35,947 nucleotides of DNA from a candidate division WOR-3 bacterium (GCA_021158725.1 JAGGUB010000066.1:1-35947); one strand, 5' to 3'. Positions 25,506 through 35,819 are shown, numbered from the stretch's first letter. Notes: generated by a model from the sequence alone, not told the origin. Numbers and translations: made by a program.

Positions 25506-27811
25506 TCCTTATGCTCGTAGTATTGTCCTTGTTAACAGCTCACGTAATTACGTATCAATCGATACATCAGCTTGAATATAATAGCCATAAAGATTCGTTA
25601 ATTTTACCCGCGAAACCTTACGTCAAACCTATATCTTTGATACCACGTAAAGATACCATCCTACGACGTGAAGTCTTCGGTTACCTCCCATATTGGCGAC
25701 GTGACTGGTACCCCTCGTTGAACTACGACCTATTATCTGTAATCGCATACTTTGGTGTAGAGCTTGGTCCCACCGGTAACATCATAAACTACCATGGATG
25801 GCCGGTTACAGGGTTGATCGACCTCGCCCATGCTCATGGGGTTAAGGTCGTACTTGTCGCTATATGTTTTAGTAGTGACGCAATACATTCAATCATACGT
25901 AACCCCACATACACACAGAATGCGATACATAATCTTTTGGAACAGGTTGAACTTGGTAACGTTGATGGTATCAACATAGACTTTGAGCTACCTTACTCCT
26001 CAGATAGCACGTATTTCACCGATTTCATGCGTGCACTTGCAGATACGTTTCATGCACATAACCCTAACTATTACGTTGTGTTGGATGTAACCGCTGTTAA
26101 CTGGCTGAACAGGTTTCAAGTAGCTGAGCTTGCCCAAATCTGTGATGCAATCTTCATCATGGCATACGATTACTACTGGGCTGGTAGCCAATACGCTGGT
26201 CCTGTAGCACCATTAACTGGTAGCACCTATTATGGTGACTATAACGTCACAAATACTGTTAACTACTATCTCACGTATGTGCCTGCAAACAAGTTATTGT
26301 TAGGTGTACCCTATTATGGGTACGATTGGCCCGTAGTTGACAGCAGCCCACGTGCACGTACCACAGGCCAAGGTACTGCCAAAACTTTTGCACAGATCAT
26401 GGAAGAGCTCGACAATTATGGTAGGCTATGGGATACGGAGTCACAGACTCCTTGGTACCGCTACTATTCAAGTGGTTGGCACCAATGTTGGTACGACGAC
26501 GATACATCGTTGGGCCTCAAATACGAGCTGGTGGAAGCCAAAACCCTACGTGGTATCGGCATATGGGCGTTAAGCTACGACGGCTATTATACACAGTTAT
26601 GGGATGCTATATATTACCACTTTGTGTTACCACCGTTACCCACAGCACCCGAACCTATCTATGCACTTGCGCAACCCGGTTATATCCAACTACTTTGGCA
26701 CTCATCCACCTATGCAGATGGCTACAAGGTTTACGTATCCGAGGACGGAGAGAGCTTCGATTCATTAACCACAACCTTTGATACATGTCTGGTGATAGAT
26801 AACCTCCCATCCGGACGTGCGTATTTCTTCAAAATCAAGTCATACAATATCAAAGGTGAAAGCGACTTCTCACGTGAGCTCATCGGTGCATACATGGGGT
26901 ACGATGCATCCCCTATACTCATAGTTAATGGGTTTGATTCCCCCAAACCTGGCAACACCTACTCCTACGTGTACCATCATGGTAAATCGCTTGCCAACAC
27001 CGGCTATGGGTTTGCATCTGCCACCAACGAAGCTATCACCTCGGGTACGATCGAGCTAAACGATTACATGGTGGTGGATTGGATACTTGGTCAAGAAGAC
27101 ACACCTGACGATGTGTTCAACCCCACCGAACAACAAATGCTTATCCAGTACTTGGAGGCTGGTGGCCACCTATTGGTGTCAGGTTCGGACATCGGCTATG
27201 CGTTGGGTAGTACAGACTTTTATCATAACTACTTGCATGCTAAGTATGTTACAGACAATACGCAGCGATATCAGGTTGAGGGTGTATCACCACCATTTGA
27301 TGGACTCACATTCAACTTTGACGACGGTAACCACGGTATATATCGAGTACGATACCCAGACGCTATTGACACATGTAATGGCAGTCGTCGCATTTTACGA
27401 TATACTGGTAGCAATTATTTTGCCGGCATTACCTACGAAGCTGATTACAAGCTTATATACCTGAGCTTTCCGATCGAAACCGTCTATCCACAGGCATCAC
27501 GTGATACACTTATGGCACGTATCATGCGTTTCTGGGGTGTACCTCAACCCATCTGTGAACCCCTCATAGAGTTACATTACAATACGGTGTTCAGTGGATA
27601 CTGGCAACTAAACCTATCGTCACAAGGTATCACCACAGTGAAAATAGAGGTCTACGATATGCTGGGGCGTCAACTCACAGCAAAGCAATACCACACCCAT
27701 AGTGTGACATTTACATGGGATGCCACCAATGTACCACCGGGTGTGTATTTTGTGAATATCGAACTCAACTACACCCCATACCGTATCATCAAACTATTGC
27801 ATATTGGATGA
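25502..27811 (+). CDS. Secreted GH18 glycoside hydrolase + FN3 + additional domain + T9SS-like C-terminal domain
   Basis: GYLPYW, DGINIDFE, IMAYDY, LLLGVPYYGYDW, GIGIWAL, FN3 (W...Y.VY...YFFKIKSYN..GES), C-terminal VYDMLGR...PGVYFV. Confidence 0.88.
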   Translation: MILMLVVLSLLTAHVITYQSIHQLEYNSHKDSLILPAKPYVKPISLIPRKDTILRREVFGYLPYWRRDWYPSLNYDLLSVIAYFGVELGPTGNIINYHGWPVTGLIDLAHAHGVKVVLVAICFSSDAIHSIIRNPTYTQNAIHNLLEQVELGNVDGINIDFELPYSSDSTYFTDFMRALADTFHAHNPNYYVVLDVTAVNWLNRFQVAELAQICDAIFIMAYDYYWAGSQYAGPVAPLTGSTYYGDYNVTNTVNYYLTYVPANKLLLGVPYYGYDWPVVDSSPRARTTGQGTAKTFAQIMEELDNYGRLWDTESQTPWYRYYSSGWHQCWYDDDTSLGLKYELVEAKTLRGIGIWALSYDGYYTQLWDAIYYHFVLPPLPTAPEPIYALAQPGYIQLLWHSSTYADGYKVYVSEDGESFDSLTTTFDTCLVIDNLPSGRAYFFKIKSYNIKGESDFSRELIGAYMGYDASPILIVNGFDSPKPGNTYSYVYHHGKSLANTGYGFASATNEAITSGTIELNDYMVVDWILGQEDTPDDVFNPTEQQMLIQYLEAGGHLLVSGSDIGYALGSTDFYHNYLHAKYVTDNTQRYQVEGVSPPFDGLTFNFDDGNHGIYRVRYPDAIDTCNGSRRILRYTGSNYFAGITYEADYKLIYLSFPIETVYPQASRDTLMARIMRFWGVPQPICEPLIELHYNTVFSGYWQLNLSSQGITTVKIEVYDMLGRQLTAKQYHTHSVTFTWDATNVPPGVYFVNIELNYTPYRIIKLLHIG

Positions 27812-28815
27812 CCTCCATAAATATCGAAGATTACGATTACGAGTTACCACGTGAACTCATAGCTCAGTATCCAGCCACTAAACGTACCGAATCACGTCTT
27901 ATGGTGGTCAACCGGCAAACCGGCACCATCTTACACAAGAAGTTTGCCGATATCGTTGAATTGTTACCCTCACACGGAGTATTGGTGCTTAACGAAACAA
28001 AGGTCATCCCCGCCAGGCTGTTATGCCGTAAAGATACAGGTGGTAAGGTTGAACTTTTAGTAGTACGTAAAGTTGATACCCACACAGCTGACGTACTTAT
28101 GAAACCCAAACGCGGTATGAATAAAGGTCGTAAGCTAACCATCGGCGATGTAACCGCTGAGGTGATAGATCGGCAAACTGTACGTTTCTCCGTACCTGTA
28201 GACGATGTCATCCAATCCTATGGCCAGATACCACTACCACCCTACATCAAGCGTGCACCCAACGAGCACGATTATGAGCGTTACCAAACCGTCTACGCAC
28301 GTGTACCAGGTTCTATAGCTGCACCCACGGCAGGCTTACATTTCACTAAGGAGTTGCTACAGAAGATTGAGCAGAAAGGTATCAAGATTGCCAAAATCCT
28401 CCTACATGTGGGTATAGGTACATTCACCCCTATACGTACACGTGAGGTGGAAAAACATCGTATGCATGAGGAATACTTTGAAATCAGTCCGTCCGCTGCC
28501 AACCTCATAAATACTTATAAACCCGTAATTGCTGTCGGTACAACAACCGTAAGGGCACTCGAAAGCGCTGCTAAGAAAGTGGCCAACAAATGGATAGTTA
28601 TCCCCCAGAAGGGTTATACAGATCTATTTATCTATCCCGGGTATAATTTCAAAATCGTCGATATGTTGGTGACCAATTTCCACCTACCACGTACAACGTT
28701 ACTGTTGTTGGTATCTGCATTCGCTGGCCGTGACCTCATAATGAAAGCTTACAACGAAGCGATCAAAACCCGCTACCGATTCTACTCATATGGTGACGCT
28801 ATGCTTATAGTGTAG
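27808..28815 (+). CDS. queA: S-adenosylmethionine:tRNA ribosyltransferase-isomerase
   Basis: YDYELPRELIAQYP, NETKVIPAR, PLPPYI, YQTVYA, AAPTAGLHFT, LHVGIGTF, VGTT, TNFHLP, YRFYSYGDAM. ATG 27808 forms an ATGA overlap. Confidence 0.97.
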   Translation: MTSINIEDYDYELPRELIAQYPATKRTESRLMVVNRQTGTILHKKFADIVELLPSHGVLVLNETKVIPARLLCRKDTGGKVELLVVRKVDTHTADVLMKPKRGMNKGRKLTIGDVTAEVIDRQTVRFSVPVDDVIQSYGQIPLPPYIKRAPNEHDYERYQTVYARVPGSIAAPTAGLHFTKELLQKIEQKGIKIAKILLHVGIGTFTPIRTREVEKHRMHEEYFEISPSAANLINTYKPVIAVGTTTVRALESAAKKVANKWIVIPQKGYTDLFIYPGYNFKIVDMLVTNFHLPRTTLLLLVSAFAGRDLIMKAYNEAIKTRYRFYSYGDAMLIV

Positions 28816-29121
28816 CTATTCTGATAGCAATTTCTTGATCTCTTTCAACTCACGTATCACACCACGTAACCAGTAACGTGACAGCACAAGCTTTTGATGT
28901 CCACGCAGTAACTTCTTTGCTCCCTCTATTGTGTATTTCTCATTATACAGGAGGTGCTTGATCTCAGCAAACCTCGCAATATCATCCTCTGTATACAAAC
29001 GGCCACGTTTGTCACGTTTCACCTTTATACCAAATGCTTTCTCCCAAAACCTCAATGTGGCCGGAGTGACACCCAATTTTAAAGCTACTGAGTTTATGCG
29101 GTAGGTTTTATTCCCACCCAT
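28816..29121 (-). CDS. Short MerR-family HTH regulator
   Basis: YRINSVA...TLRFWEKAF...R.YT..DI...IKHLLYNEKYTIEGAKK. Confidence 0.88.
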   Translation of the reverse strand: MGGNKTYRINSVALKLGVTPATLRFWEKAFGIKVKRDKRGRLYTEDDIARFAEIKHLLYNEKYTIEGAKKLLRGHQKLVLSRYWLRGVIRELKEIKKLLSE

Positions 29122-29125
29122 CGAG

Positions 29126-29153
29126 TACCTGGGCCCAATATTGGGCCCAGGTA
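29126..29153. repeat. Perfect 28-bp palindrome TACCTGGGCCCAATATTGGGCCCAGGTA
   Basis: The two 14-bp arms are exact reverse complements with no spacer. It fills most of the 40-bp gap upstream of merR. Confidence 0.95.
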
Positions 29154-29161
29154 AGCTGTGG

Positions 29162-31354
29162 TTACCTCAACCAGATCAACTTACGGGTTTGTGTCACTTT
29201 ACCGCTTTCGAGCCTGTAGAAGTACACACCACCAGCAACCCTGTTACCACGTGCATCCGTACCATCCCATACGCAGGTGTGTCTACCAGCTGTCATATAT
29301 CTGCTCATCAGCTCACGTATACATTGACCTGCCGCATTGTATATAACAAGCCGTACGTGTGAGGGTTGCTTAATCGTGAAGCTGAACCTCACCTCCGTAC
29401 GTGCGGGGTTGGGTTCACAAGGTTCGAGATAGAACCTGGATATATCCGGGAAGGTTTCAATTATACCGACAATATCGTCAAGCTCCCTGGGTACCAACCT
29501 ATACACAGAATCTGGGTTCTGGTCTATGATCGCGTAGAGGTCGAAATACCCAACAGGTGCGGTGGTACCATCTATATCGGTATTCGCATCGATGTACATA
29601 ATAGCCGTATCAATGAGTGTATCCCGATACTGATAGATATGTATCTCAGCTGACGATCCCTCGGGTGGGAAGTGTTCATCCGTCCATACACTATCGACAT
29701 AGGCGAGCATCGACTCATATCTTTCATCACCGAAGTTGGCAAGCGTCTTTGGCATGGCGATCACTGGATACGGTGGCACCGGTACGCTCGTTGGTGTTCC
29801 CGGTGTAAGTATCAACATCGTACCATCAACCCCCAACGTACCTGTCACCTGATAGTATTCACCCACCGTATATGCATCCGCAATCCCCGTACCCATAAGC
29901 TTTATACCAGCACCCTGATCCTCCATGTATACGATATCGGGACCGAACTCACCTGCTGCAGTCACATACCCTTCAATAGTTACCGTGGTGCCAAGCTCCA
30001 TCCCACGTGCATGCACTATCTGCATGACGTTGGGATCGTATTCGATAACACGCAGAAACTGATACGGATAGTACTGTCCCGCTATGGTATCGGTACCTAT
30101 ACCCATATAACCAACAGCAAGCTCAGGTAGCTCGTCACCGTCAAGATCCATACCACCACGTACGGTCATATCACCACCACCTATCGAACGTACCAGCAGA
30201 TCCCTGTAGATGATCCCATACTGTGCATAATGATCGGGGTTGGTAGGATCCGTACCTGTGAACTCCCATTCATAAACACCACCATAGGTGGTGAAATAAA
30301 TGCTGGGCTGACCATCACCATCCATATCTGCGACACAGAAATCGAGCAACGTATATGGTGGGAACTCACCTATCAGATAGAAGTTAGTGGTATCCATCGC
30401 CATCGCATCCGTAACCCCATCTATCACATATAGATAACCCGTAAAGTAGCCACCTACATATACCTCGTCAGCATTGTCACCATCCACATCACCAACACCC
30501 ATACCTATGATGTTGATATCGTCAGACGGTGTCATCGTGTACGGGGTGCTCATCTCGTAAGTGTTAGTACCGGTTGCCTTGATGATGAACACAGTGATGT
30601 TATTCCATGTCTGGCAGAGTGCCTCCTTTGTACCATCGCCATCGATATCACAGATCTTAACCGACCATGGGCTACCACCGAAATCCACACCTCGTCTGAG
30701 TTGTAGCTCCTCATTCACTGTGTATAAGCCAGGGAATTGTCCCGCGACCGACCATACATAGAATCTGTCATCTGTCACACCTACACTGTTGGTAGTTTTG
30801 CCATTGAACGGCACTATAATCTCTTGCCTGCCATCACCATCGAGATCATACACCGCAAATTCAGGTATATAGAACTTGTCAAGCGAATCGTCCGCCGTAA
30901 TGTAACGTACAGCTGCCGGCTCCGTACCGTAACCGTTGTCAGTGGTGCCATCCCATTCAAATATAAACAACCCCACACTATCAGCTTCTATAGCATCGGG
31001 TGACCCTGCATAGCTGCCAACAAATACGATGACCTCACCGTTACCATCGGCATCCAGGTCACCAGTCTTCACGCACCTTACAGCATAGCTGTATGTACTG
31101 TTCAGTGGTGGTGAACTCCACACAAGTTCTATCTGATTGTCACCCGTCACCTCATACACGTGTACCATACCGCCGTTACGGTAATCGGTGATTATGATCT
31201 CGGGTTTACCGTCCTGATCGAGATCCGATCCCACACATGCACGTCGTATAGCACTTATGTCATCAGTAGGTCCATTAGCTGCAGTATACCTATACCCACC
31301 TGCGTAGAGACCAGCCGCTACCAACAAAATACTTACAAGCAACAACTTCTTCAT
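29162..31354 (-). CDS. Secreted FG-GAP/VCBS-repeat protein with FlgD-Ig/T9SS-like C-terminal domain
   Basis: Signal peptide, about seven D.D.DG..E repeats (DLDQDGKPE, DLDADGNGE, DLDGDGRQE, DIDGDGTKE, DVDGDNADE, DMDGDGQP, DLDGDELPE), an OB-fold-like region, C-terminal PNP...IYN..G...WDG...GVYFYRL. SD AGGAGGT. Confidence 0.85.
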   Translation of the reverse strand: MKKLLLVSILLVAAGLYAGGYRYTAANGPTDDISAIRRACVGSDLDQDGKPEIIITDYRNGGMVHVYEVTGDNQIELVWSSPPLNSTYSYAVRCVKTGDLDADGNGEVIVFVGSYAGSPDAIEADSVGLFIFEWDGTTDNGYGTEPAAVRYITADDSLDKFYIPEFAVYDLDGDGRQEIIVPFNGKTTNSVGVTDDRFYVWSVAGQFPGLYTVNEELQLRRGVDFGGSPWSVKICDIDGDGTKEALCQTWNNITVFIIKATGTNTYEMSTPYTMTPSDDINIIGMGVGDVDGDNADEVYVGGYFTGYLYVIDGVTDAMAMDTTNFYLIGEFPPYTLLDFCVADMDGDGQPSIYFTTYGGVYEWEFTGTDPTNPDHYAQYGIIYRDLLVRSIGGGDMTVRGGMDLDGDELPELAVGYMGIGTDTIAGQYYPYQFLRVIEYDPNVMQIVHARGMELGTTVTIEGYVTAAGEFGPDIVYMEDQGAGIKLMGTGIADAYTVGEYYQVTGTLGVDGTMLILTPGTPTSVPVPPYPVIAMPKTLANFGDERYESMLAYVDSVWTDEHFPPEGSSAEIHIYQYRDTLIDTAIMYIDANTDIDGTTAPVGYFDLYAIIDQNPDSVYRLVPRELDDIVGIIETFPDISRFYLEPCEPNPARTEVRFSFTIKQPSHVRLVIYNAAGQCIRELMSRYMTAGRHTCVWDGTDARGNRVAGGVYFYRLESGKVTQTRKLIWLR

Positions 31355-31391
31355 GTTACCTCCTTTTTACATATCTCAAAATTCAAAGAAC

Positions 31392-34300
31392 TCACTTCAC
31401 AACAGCAAATTTACCCATCTTTGTGCCAACACCTGGTACATCCACTACATAGAAATATATCCCATAAGCGATCTCCATACCATCTTTGGAGATCATATCC
31501 CATTCCACCATACCATCCCATGTATCGGAATCGTGTTCGATCACCTTCACCAACTCACCACTAAGTGTAAATATCCTGATCGTGCATTTAGGTGGCAAGT
31601 GTATGAAACATATCTTACGTCTATGTTCTGCACCCACCGCACGTTGTGCCATGGTGGGTTCCTCAACTTCAGGCTCCCATGCAGCTGCCACAACGTATGG
31701 GTTAGGTACCACCTTGATACGATCGAGCTCATCCTTAGCTTTGGTTACACTGAAGCTGGGCGCTTTCAATTTTATCATAAACCTATCGCATTGATCGAAC
31801 GGCTTATGTGTAGCCAGAAGGAACACATCCTGCATACCACGTCCGGGTGGTAATGTATCAGGTGCATATTGCTGCAATATAGTATCAGGTGGACGTTTGA
31901 ACTCCACCTGCCACGTACCTCGTACGACACCTGGTGATACCTCCACAAGTGGTACAATCTTATCACCATCCTCTATAGTGGAGTCGGGTCCCAATACGTT
32001 GAAAAATACGAAACTCGACCATACGCTATCACGTAGGTTGTAAACCCTAAAGGTTACGGGTGTACCATTATAATCCGTATCACATACAGTGTTCTGTATG
32101 TAGATCATGTAATCCGCCGGATATGTGAGATCATATTTCGTCAACTCATAACCCCAATGACAATCACCAGCTATCCAACCCGAACGCTCGAAGTCACGTT
32201 CGATAGGCTCAGTACGTACCCTAATTCGCATCCCATACACCACAGGTACAGCATCTTCACCGTAGATATATGGGCAGTTCTTGAACAGTGTTATCAAACT
32301 ATCGCCACTCATCTCATAAGCTGAAAACACAGTATCACCACGAACAGTATCGAACTCCACCATTATGCATTTATCCTCGGTGATCGCAGATGGATCCAAC
32401 ACTATTGGTATGAACTCACCCGTACCAAACCCACTTATATGTTCAACTGTATCCACTTCAGGTGCTACATAGCCAGCAGCTTCTGATTGTGGTACCACCT
32501 TGACCACATTTATCCCACCCAGTGTTATCGGGGTCTCAAGTGGTGGCAACCCCGTAGCTGTATCACCCCTATCATACGCCGTTATTGCATAATAATACGT
32601 CATGCCATTGATTACGTTTGAATCCACATACATGTGTACGATACCCTTGTCATCTCCGAGGTAGAAGTGATACCCCTCCACCTCTATTGGTGAGTACCCC
32701 TTTATCCCATCAACGAGATCCCACTGCTCTAACGGCTTCACACCCACCTGCCTACCATATGCATCGGTTATGGGTTCACCCCATGTGAGTGTGTTGCGGT
32801 TCATCCCTTTGTACAGTTTGTAACCCTCGAAATCCTTGTACCCCAGGAAGTTATCCACTGAATATTCGGCTACATCATCCCAATACAATACCACGTAACC
32901 ATCACCCGCAAACGCCCTAAGTGTAGGTGTGGTTGGTGGCCTCGCAAACTGATAATTCAACCTATATATCTGTAGTGCCATATCCGCATTTTGAAACAGG
33001 TCAGCACTATCTGCACCCACCACGATAGCTACCGAGTAGGTTTCCTCCTCACCTGGATCGAGTGCTGTATAGCCGGAACCAAATACTGATACGAAATCAC
33101 CCACTACCTCACGAAACTCTTCCCACGTACCGGGTTTCATAAACGCATACATAACGCTATCCCATATCGCATATGCTGCCCCATAAAGGAATGGCTTGCA
33201 ACTCGTCAACCCTATACGATCTTTTTCATCGAAATCCATCCACTCAAAATCTGGCTCACCAGGTGTAGGCACTCCATCGCCCTCACCATAATCACCAGTA
33301 TTGGGCAGCCCATCAGCTCCTACATCGTCAGATTTACCATCAACATCGTTAGGATCGGCTGCCGCTTCCTCATCGGTAGCATCCCAATCACCATCGTCAT
33401 CTATACCATTATATTGGCTCTCATCTATCATACCATCGCCATCGTTATCTATACCATCTTTATCATTACCGGGGCTATCCAAGAATATCAAGCCCAACCA
33501 CCCTATGTTCTCACCGGGCTCAAAATTTACACTCTGATTATCGCTATCCCATGAATACACCATATTCCTGGAGCGATCAAACCCAAACAGATCGTCACCG
33601 TAATCGGGGTACCCACCAATATCATAGTCACCAAAGAACCCGAACACCATATTTTCAATCCGTTTAGCAGATATGTTCTTCACCTTATATATGAAGAATA
33701 TGATATCCTGTGCAGGTGCTGCCGCCCATTGGTAATGACGACACTCCACCTGTATACCAAGCCCATGTAGGTCAAGATTGTTCGGATCCGGATAGTATTT
33801 AGGTCCATATTCATCCATAAACTCAGTACATGCCTCGTCGGTCATCACCCAGTAACTTTCCTGATCCGCTATTATGCGGCCCTTACCAAACTGGCCCGGC
33901 CATTCAGTTGACCCATCTGGCCACGTTGGTGGCCATGTCTCTGGTTTGTCACTGAATGCGAGCCATCCCTGCCATTCAGGTGGCGGATTGGGGTTAGCGT
34001 ATCCAGGTAGGGGTTCGAAGTCCTCATCACCACCATCCTGTATACCATCGGCAACTATAAATACTGGGTAACGTATGAGTAGCTCCACGTCTGAGGTTAA
34101 CCTCACACTCCTATCTGTACGTATTGTATCACCCTCGTCGTAGGTTAACACACCCACATTAGTGGGTATCTCCACTTGCTGTTGGACGATACCCCACCCA
34201 TGCCATGGTATCACAAGCGCACTATCTTTTGTCAACTTCAGTGTATCAAGTTCTGACATAACCTGTGCACCGATGAGCGGACCTAATTCATATCCATATT

Positions 34301-34529
34301 CGTGCCCACTATATGCAGGCCACTCTATACGGGGTTTGTTGCGATCGCCTGGCCCCCCTATCGAACCTGAGTTGTTGAACCTCGTACGTATGAGGTTACC
34401 ACTTGCTATACCTACACGTCGATCTTCGTGCCCTTTGGTATCGGTTATCACCTTACCGTATTTCTGACCCGGTGGCCCCGCCCATAGGATAAACGGTAAA
34501 AGAAGTGTAAAGCACAATGATTTTTTCAT
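31392..34529 (-). CDS. Large secreted hypothetical protein with Ca-binding acidic repeats, FN3 and a T9SS-like C-terminus
   Basis: Signal peptide, DGIDNDGDGMIDE repeats, DFEGYKLY...YYYAITAYD (FN3-like), IKVVPNPY...IRIFTLSGELV...WD...GIYFYVV...GKFAVVK. SD GAGGAGG. Confidence 0.82.
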   Translation of the reverse strand: MKKSLCFTLLLPFILWAGPPGQKYGKVITDTKGHEDRRVGIASGNLIRTRFNNSGSIGGPGDRNKPRIEWPAYSGHEYGYELGPLIGAQVMSELDTLKLTKDSALVIPWHGWGIVQQQVEIPTNVGVLTYDEGDTIRTDRSVRLTSDVELLIRYPVFIVADGIQDGGDEDFEPLPGYANPNPPPEWQGWLAFSDKPETWPPTWPDGSTEWPGQFGKGRIIADQESYWVMTDEACTEFMDEYGPKYYPDPNNLDLHGLGIQVECRHYQWAAAPAQDIIFFIYKVKNISAKRIENMVFGFFGDYDIGGYPDYGDDLFGFDRSRNMVYSWDSDNQSVNFEPGENIGWLGLIFLDSPGNDKDGIDNDGDGMIDESQYNGIDDDGDWDATDEEAAADPNDVDGKSDDVGADGLPNTGDYGEGDGVPTPGEPDFEWMDFDEKDRIGLTSCKPFLYGAAYAIWDSVMYAFMKPGTWEEFREVVGDFVSVFGSGYTALDPGEEETYSVAIVVGADSADLFQNADMALQIYRLNYQFARPPTTPTLRAFAGDGYVVLYWDDVAEYSVDNFLGYKDFEGYKLYKGMNRNTLTWGEPITDAYGRQVGVKPLEQWDLVDGIKGYSPIEVEGYHFYLGDDKGIVHMYVDSNVINGMTYYYAITAYDRGDTATGLPPLETPITLGGINVVKVVPQSEAAGYVAPEVDTVEHISGFGTGEFIPIVLDPSAITEDKCIMVEFDTVRGDTVFSAYEMSGDSLITLFKNCPYIYGEDAVPVVYGMRIRVRTEPIERDFERSGWIAGDCHWGYELTKYDLTYPADYMIYIQNTVCDTDYNGTPVTFRVYNLRDSVWSSFVFFNVLGPDSTIEDGDKIVPLVEVSPGVVRGTWQVEFKRPPDTILQQYAPDTLPPGRGMQDVFLLATHKPFDQCDRFMIKLKAPSFSVTKAKDELDRIKVVPNPYVVAAAWEPEVEEPTMAQRAVGAEHRRKICFIHLPPKCTIRIFTLSGELVKVIEHDSDTWDGMVEWDMISKDGMEIAYGIYFYVVDVPGVGTKMGKFAVVK

Positions 34530-34555
34530 CTCTCCTCCTCATAAATTATGTTAGG

Positions 34556-35200
34556 TTAAGTTTTGTCAACTTCATCACCCGACAATATCCTTACACGTCT
34601 ACCTTCTATTTTAAGCCTACCCTCCGCAAACAACCTTATAGCTTCTGAATATATTTTATGCTCAACTTTCAATATCCTATCAGCTAAGGTTTCCACCGTA
34701 TCGTCTTCTTCAACCTTCACCGCCTCCTGTAGGATGATAGGCCCTGTATCTATGCCTTCATCCACAAAATGTACCGTAGCACCCGATACTTTCACCCCAT
34801 ACTCTAATGCCTGTTTCTGTGCGTTAAGCCCCGGAAATGCTGGCAACAACGCTGGATGTATGTTCATGATGCGGTTAGGGAATGCATCCAGAAACTTCTT
34901 CTTCAATATCCGCATGAAACCCGCCAAACACACGAGTTCAACCCCATGCTTCTTTAGGGTTTCGATGTATTTCTCCTCCTGTTCAGGGTCGAGCACCGTA
35001 CGCTTTTTACCCGGATAGATGTAGTATGCGGGTATACCTGCACGTCGTGCACGTTCGAGTGCCTTCGCATCCGGGTTATCCGATATCACGCAACCTATCT
35101 CCACGTTGGGCAACTTACCAGATTTTATATTATCGATGATCGCCTGTAGGTTGGTACCACGTCCAGATGCTAACACCCCTATTATGAGCTTTTTAGCCAT
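34556..35200 (-). CDS. purN: Phosphoribosylglycinamide formyltransferase
   Basis: [51 protein letters not shown]. Start at ATG 35200. Confidence 0.96.
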   Translation of the reverse strand: MAKKLIIGVLASGRGTNLQAIIDNIKSGKLPNVEIGCVISDNPDAKALERARRAGIPAYYIYPGKKRTVLDPEQEEKYIETLKKHGVELVCLAGFMRILKKKFLDAFPNRIMNIHPALLPAFPGLNAQKQALEYGVKVSGATVHFVDEGIDTGPIILQEAVKVEEDDTVETLADRILKVEHKIYSEAIRLFAEGRLKIEGRRVRILSGDEVDKT

Positions 35201-35207
35201 CTCGAAT

Positions 35208-35774
35208 TTAAAACTCAACCTTAGGGGTAGCTTGCTCCTCCTCAGGTATCGTGAAGTACGGTTCTTCACTCTTATTGTATAAACGTGCGAATATATTACC
35301 AGGGAACCGCTTTATGATGGTATTGTATTCACGTACGGTATCATTGTACCGCTTACGTGCTACCGCTATGCGGTTTTCGGTACCCGCAAGCTCATCCATC
35401 AACCTTATGAAAGTTTGGTTAGCTTTAAGTTCAGGGTAACGTTCGGCAATCGCCAGCAACCTACCGAGTGCCATACCCAATTCACCTGCAGATTCGATAA
35501 TCTTCTTGCGATCGCCCACCTTCATAGCGCCTGCAAGTTTGGCCCTCGCATCAGCAACATGTTCGAATATCTCACGTTCGTGCCCCATGTAACCTTTGAC
35601 ACTATTGACAAGGTTGGGTATCAGGTCATTACGACGTTTGAGCTGGTTCTCGACCTCAGCCCATGCATTACGTACCTTTTGTTCGTATGTCACGAACAGA
35701 TTGTAATAACGTACGGGTATAGCTACAATCACAATGATAACAACGATTAAAATTAACCATTTCAACCATCGCAT
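35208..35774 (-). CDS. lemA: LemA family protein
   Basis: N-terminal [59 protein letters not shown]. Confidence 0.94.
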   Translation of the reverse strand: MRWLKWLILIVVIIVIVAIPVRYYNLFVTYEQKVRNAWAEVENQLKRRNDLIPNLVNSVKGYMGHEREIFEHVADARAKLAGAMKVGDRKKIIESAGELGMALGRLLAIAERYPELKANQTFIRLMDELAGTENRIAVARKRYNDTVREYNTIIKRFPGNIFARLYNKSEEPYFTIPEEEQATPKVEF

Positions 35775-35819
35775 GTTACCTCCTCGGTTTGAAGAATAAA
35801 CCTTCCATAATGTATTACC

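Noticed and set aside
29126-29153. Palindrome as a classical intrinsic terminator
   Set aside because: There is no U-tract on either side, so it is reported as an unexplained palindrome instead.
33240-33480. Recurrent CCATC/ATCACC motifs resembling a repeat array or CRISPR
   Set aside because: They are explained by Asp-Gly codons in the minus-strand protein. There is no constant repeat-spacer periodicity.
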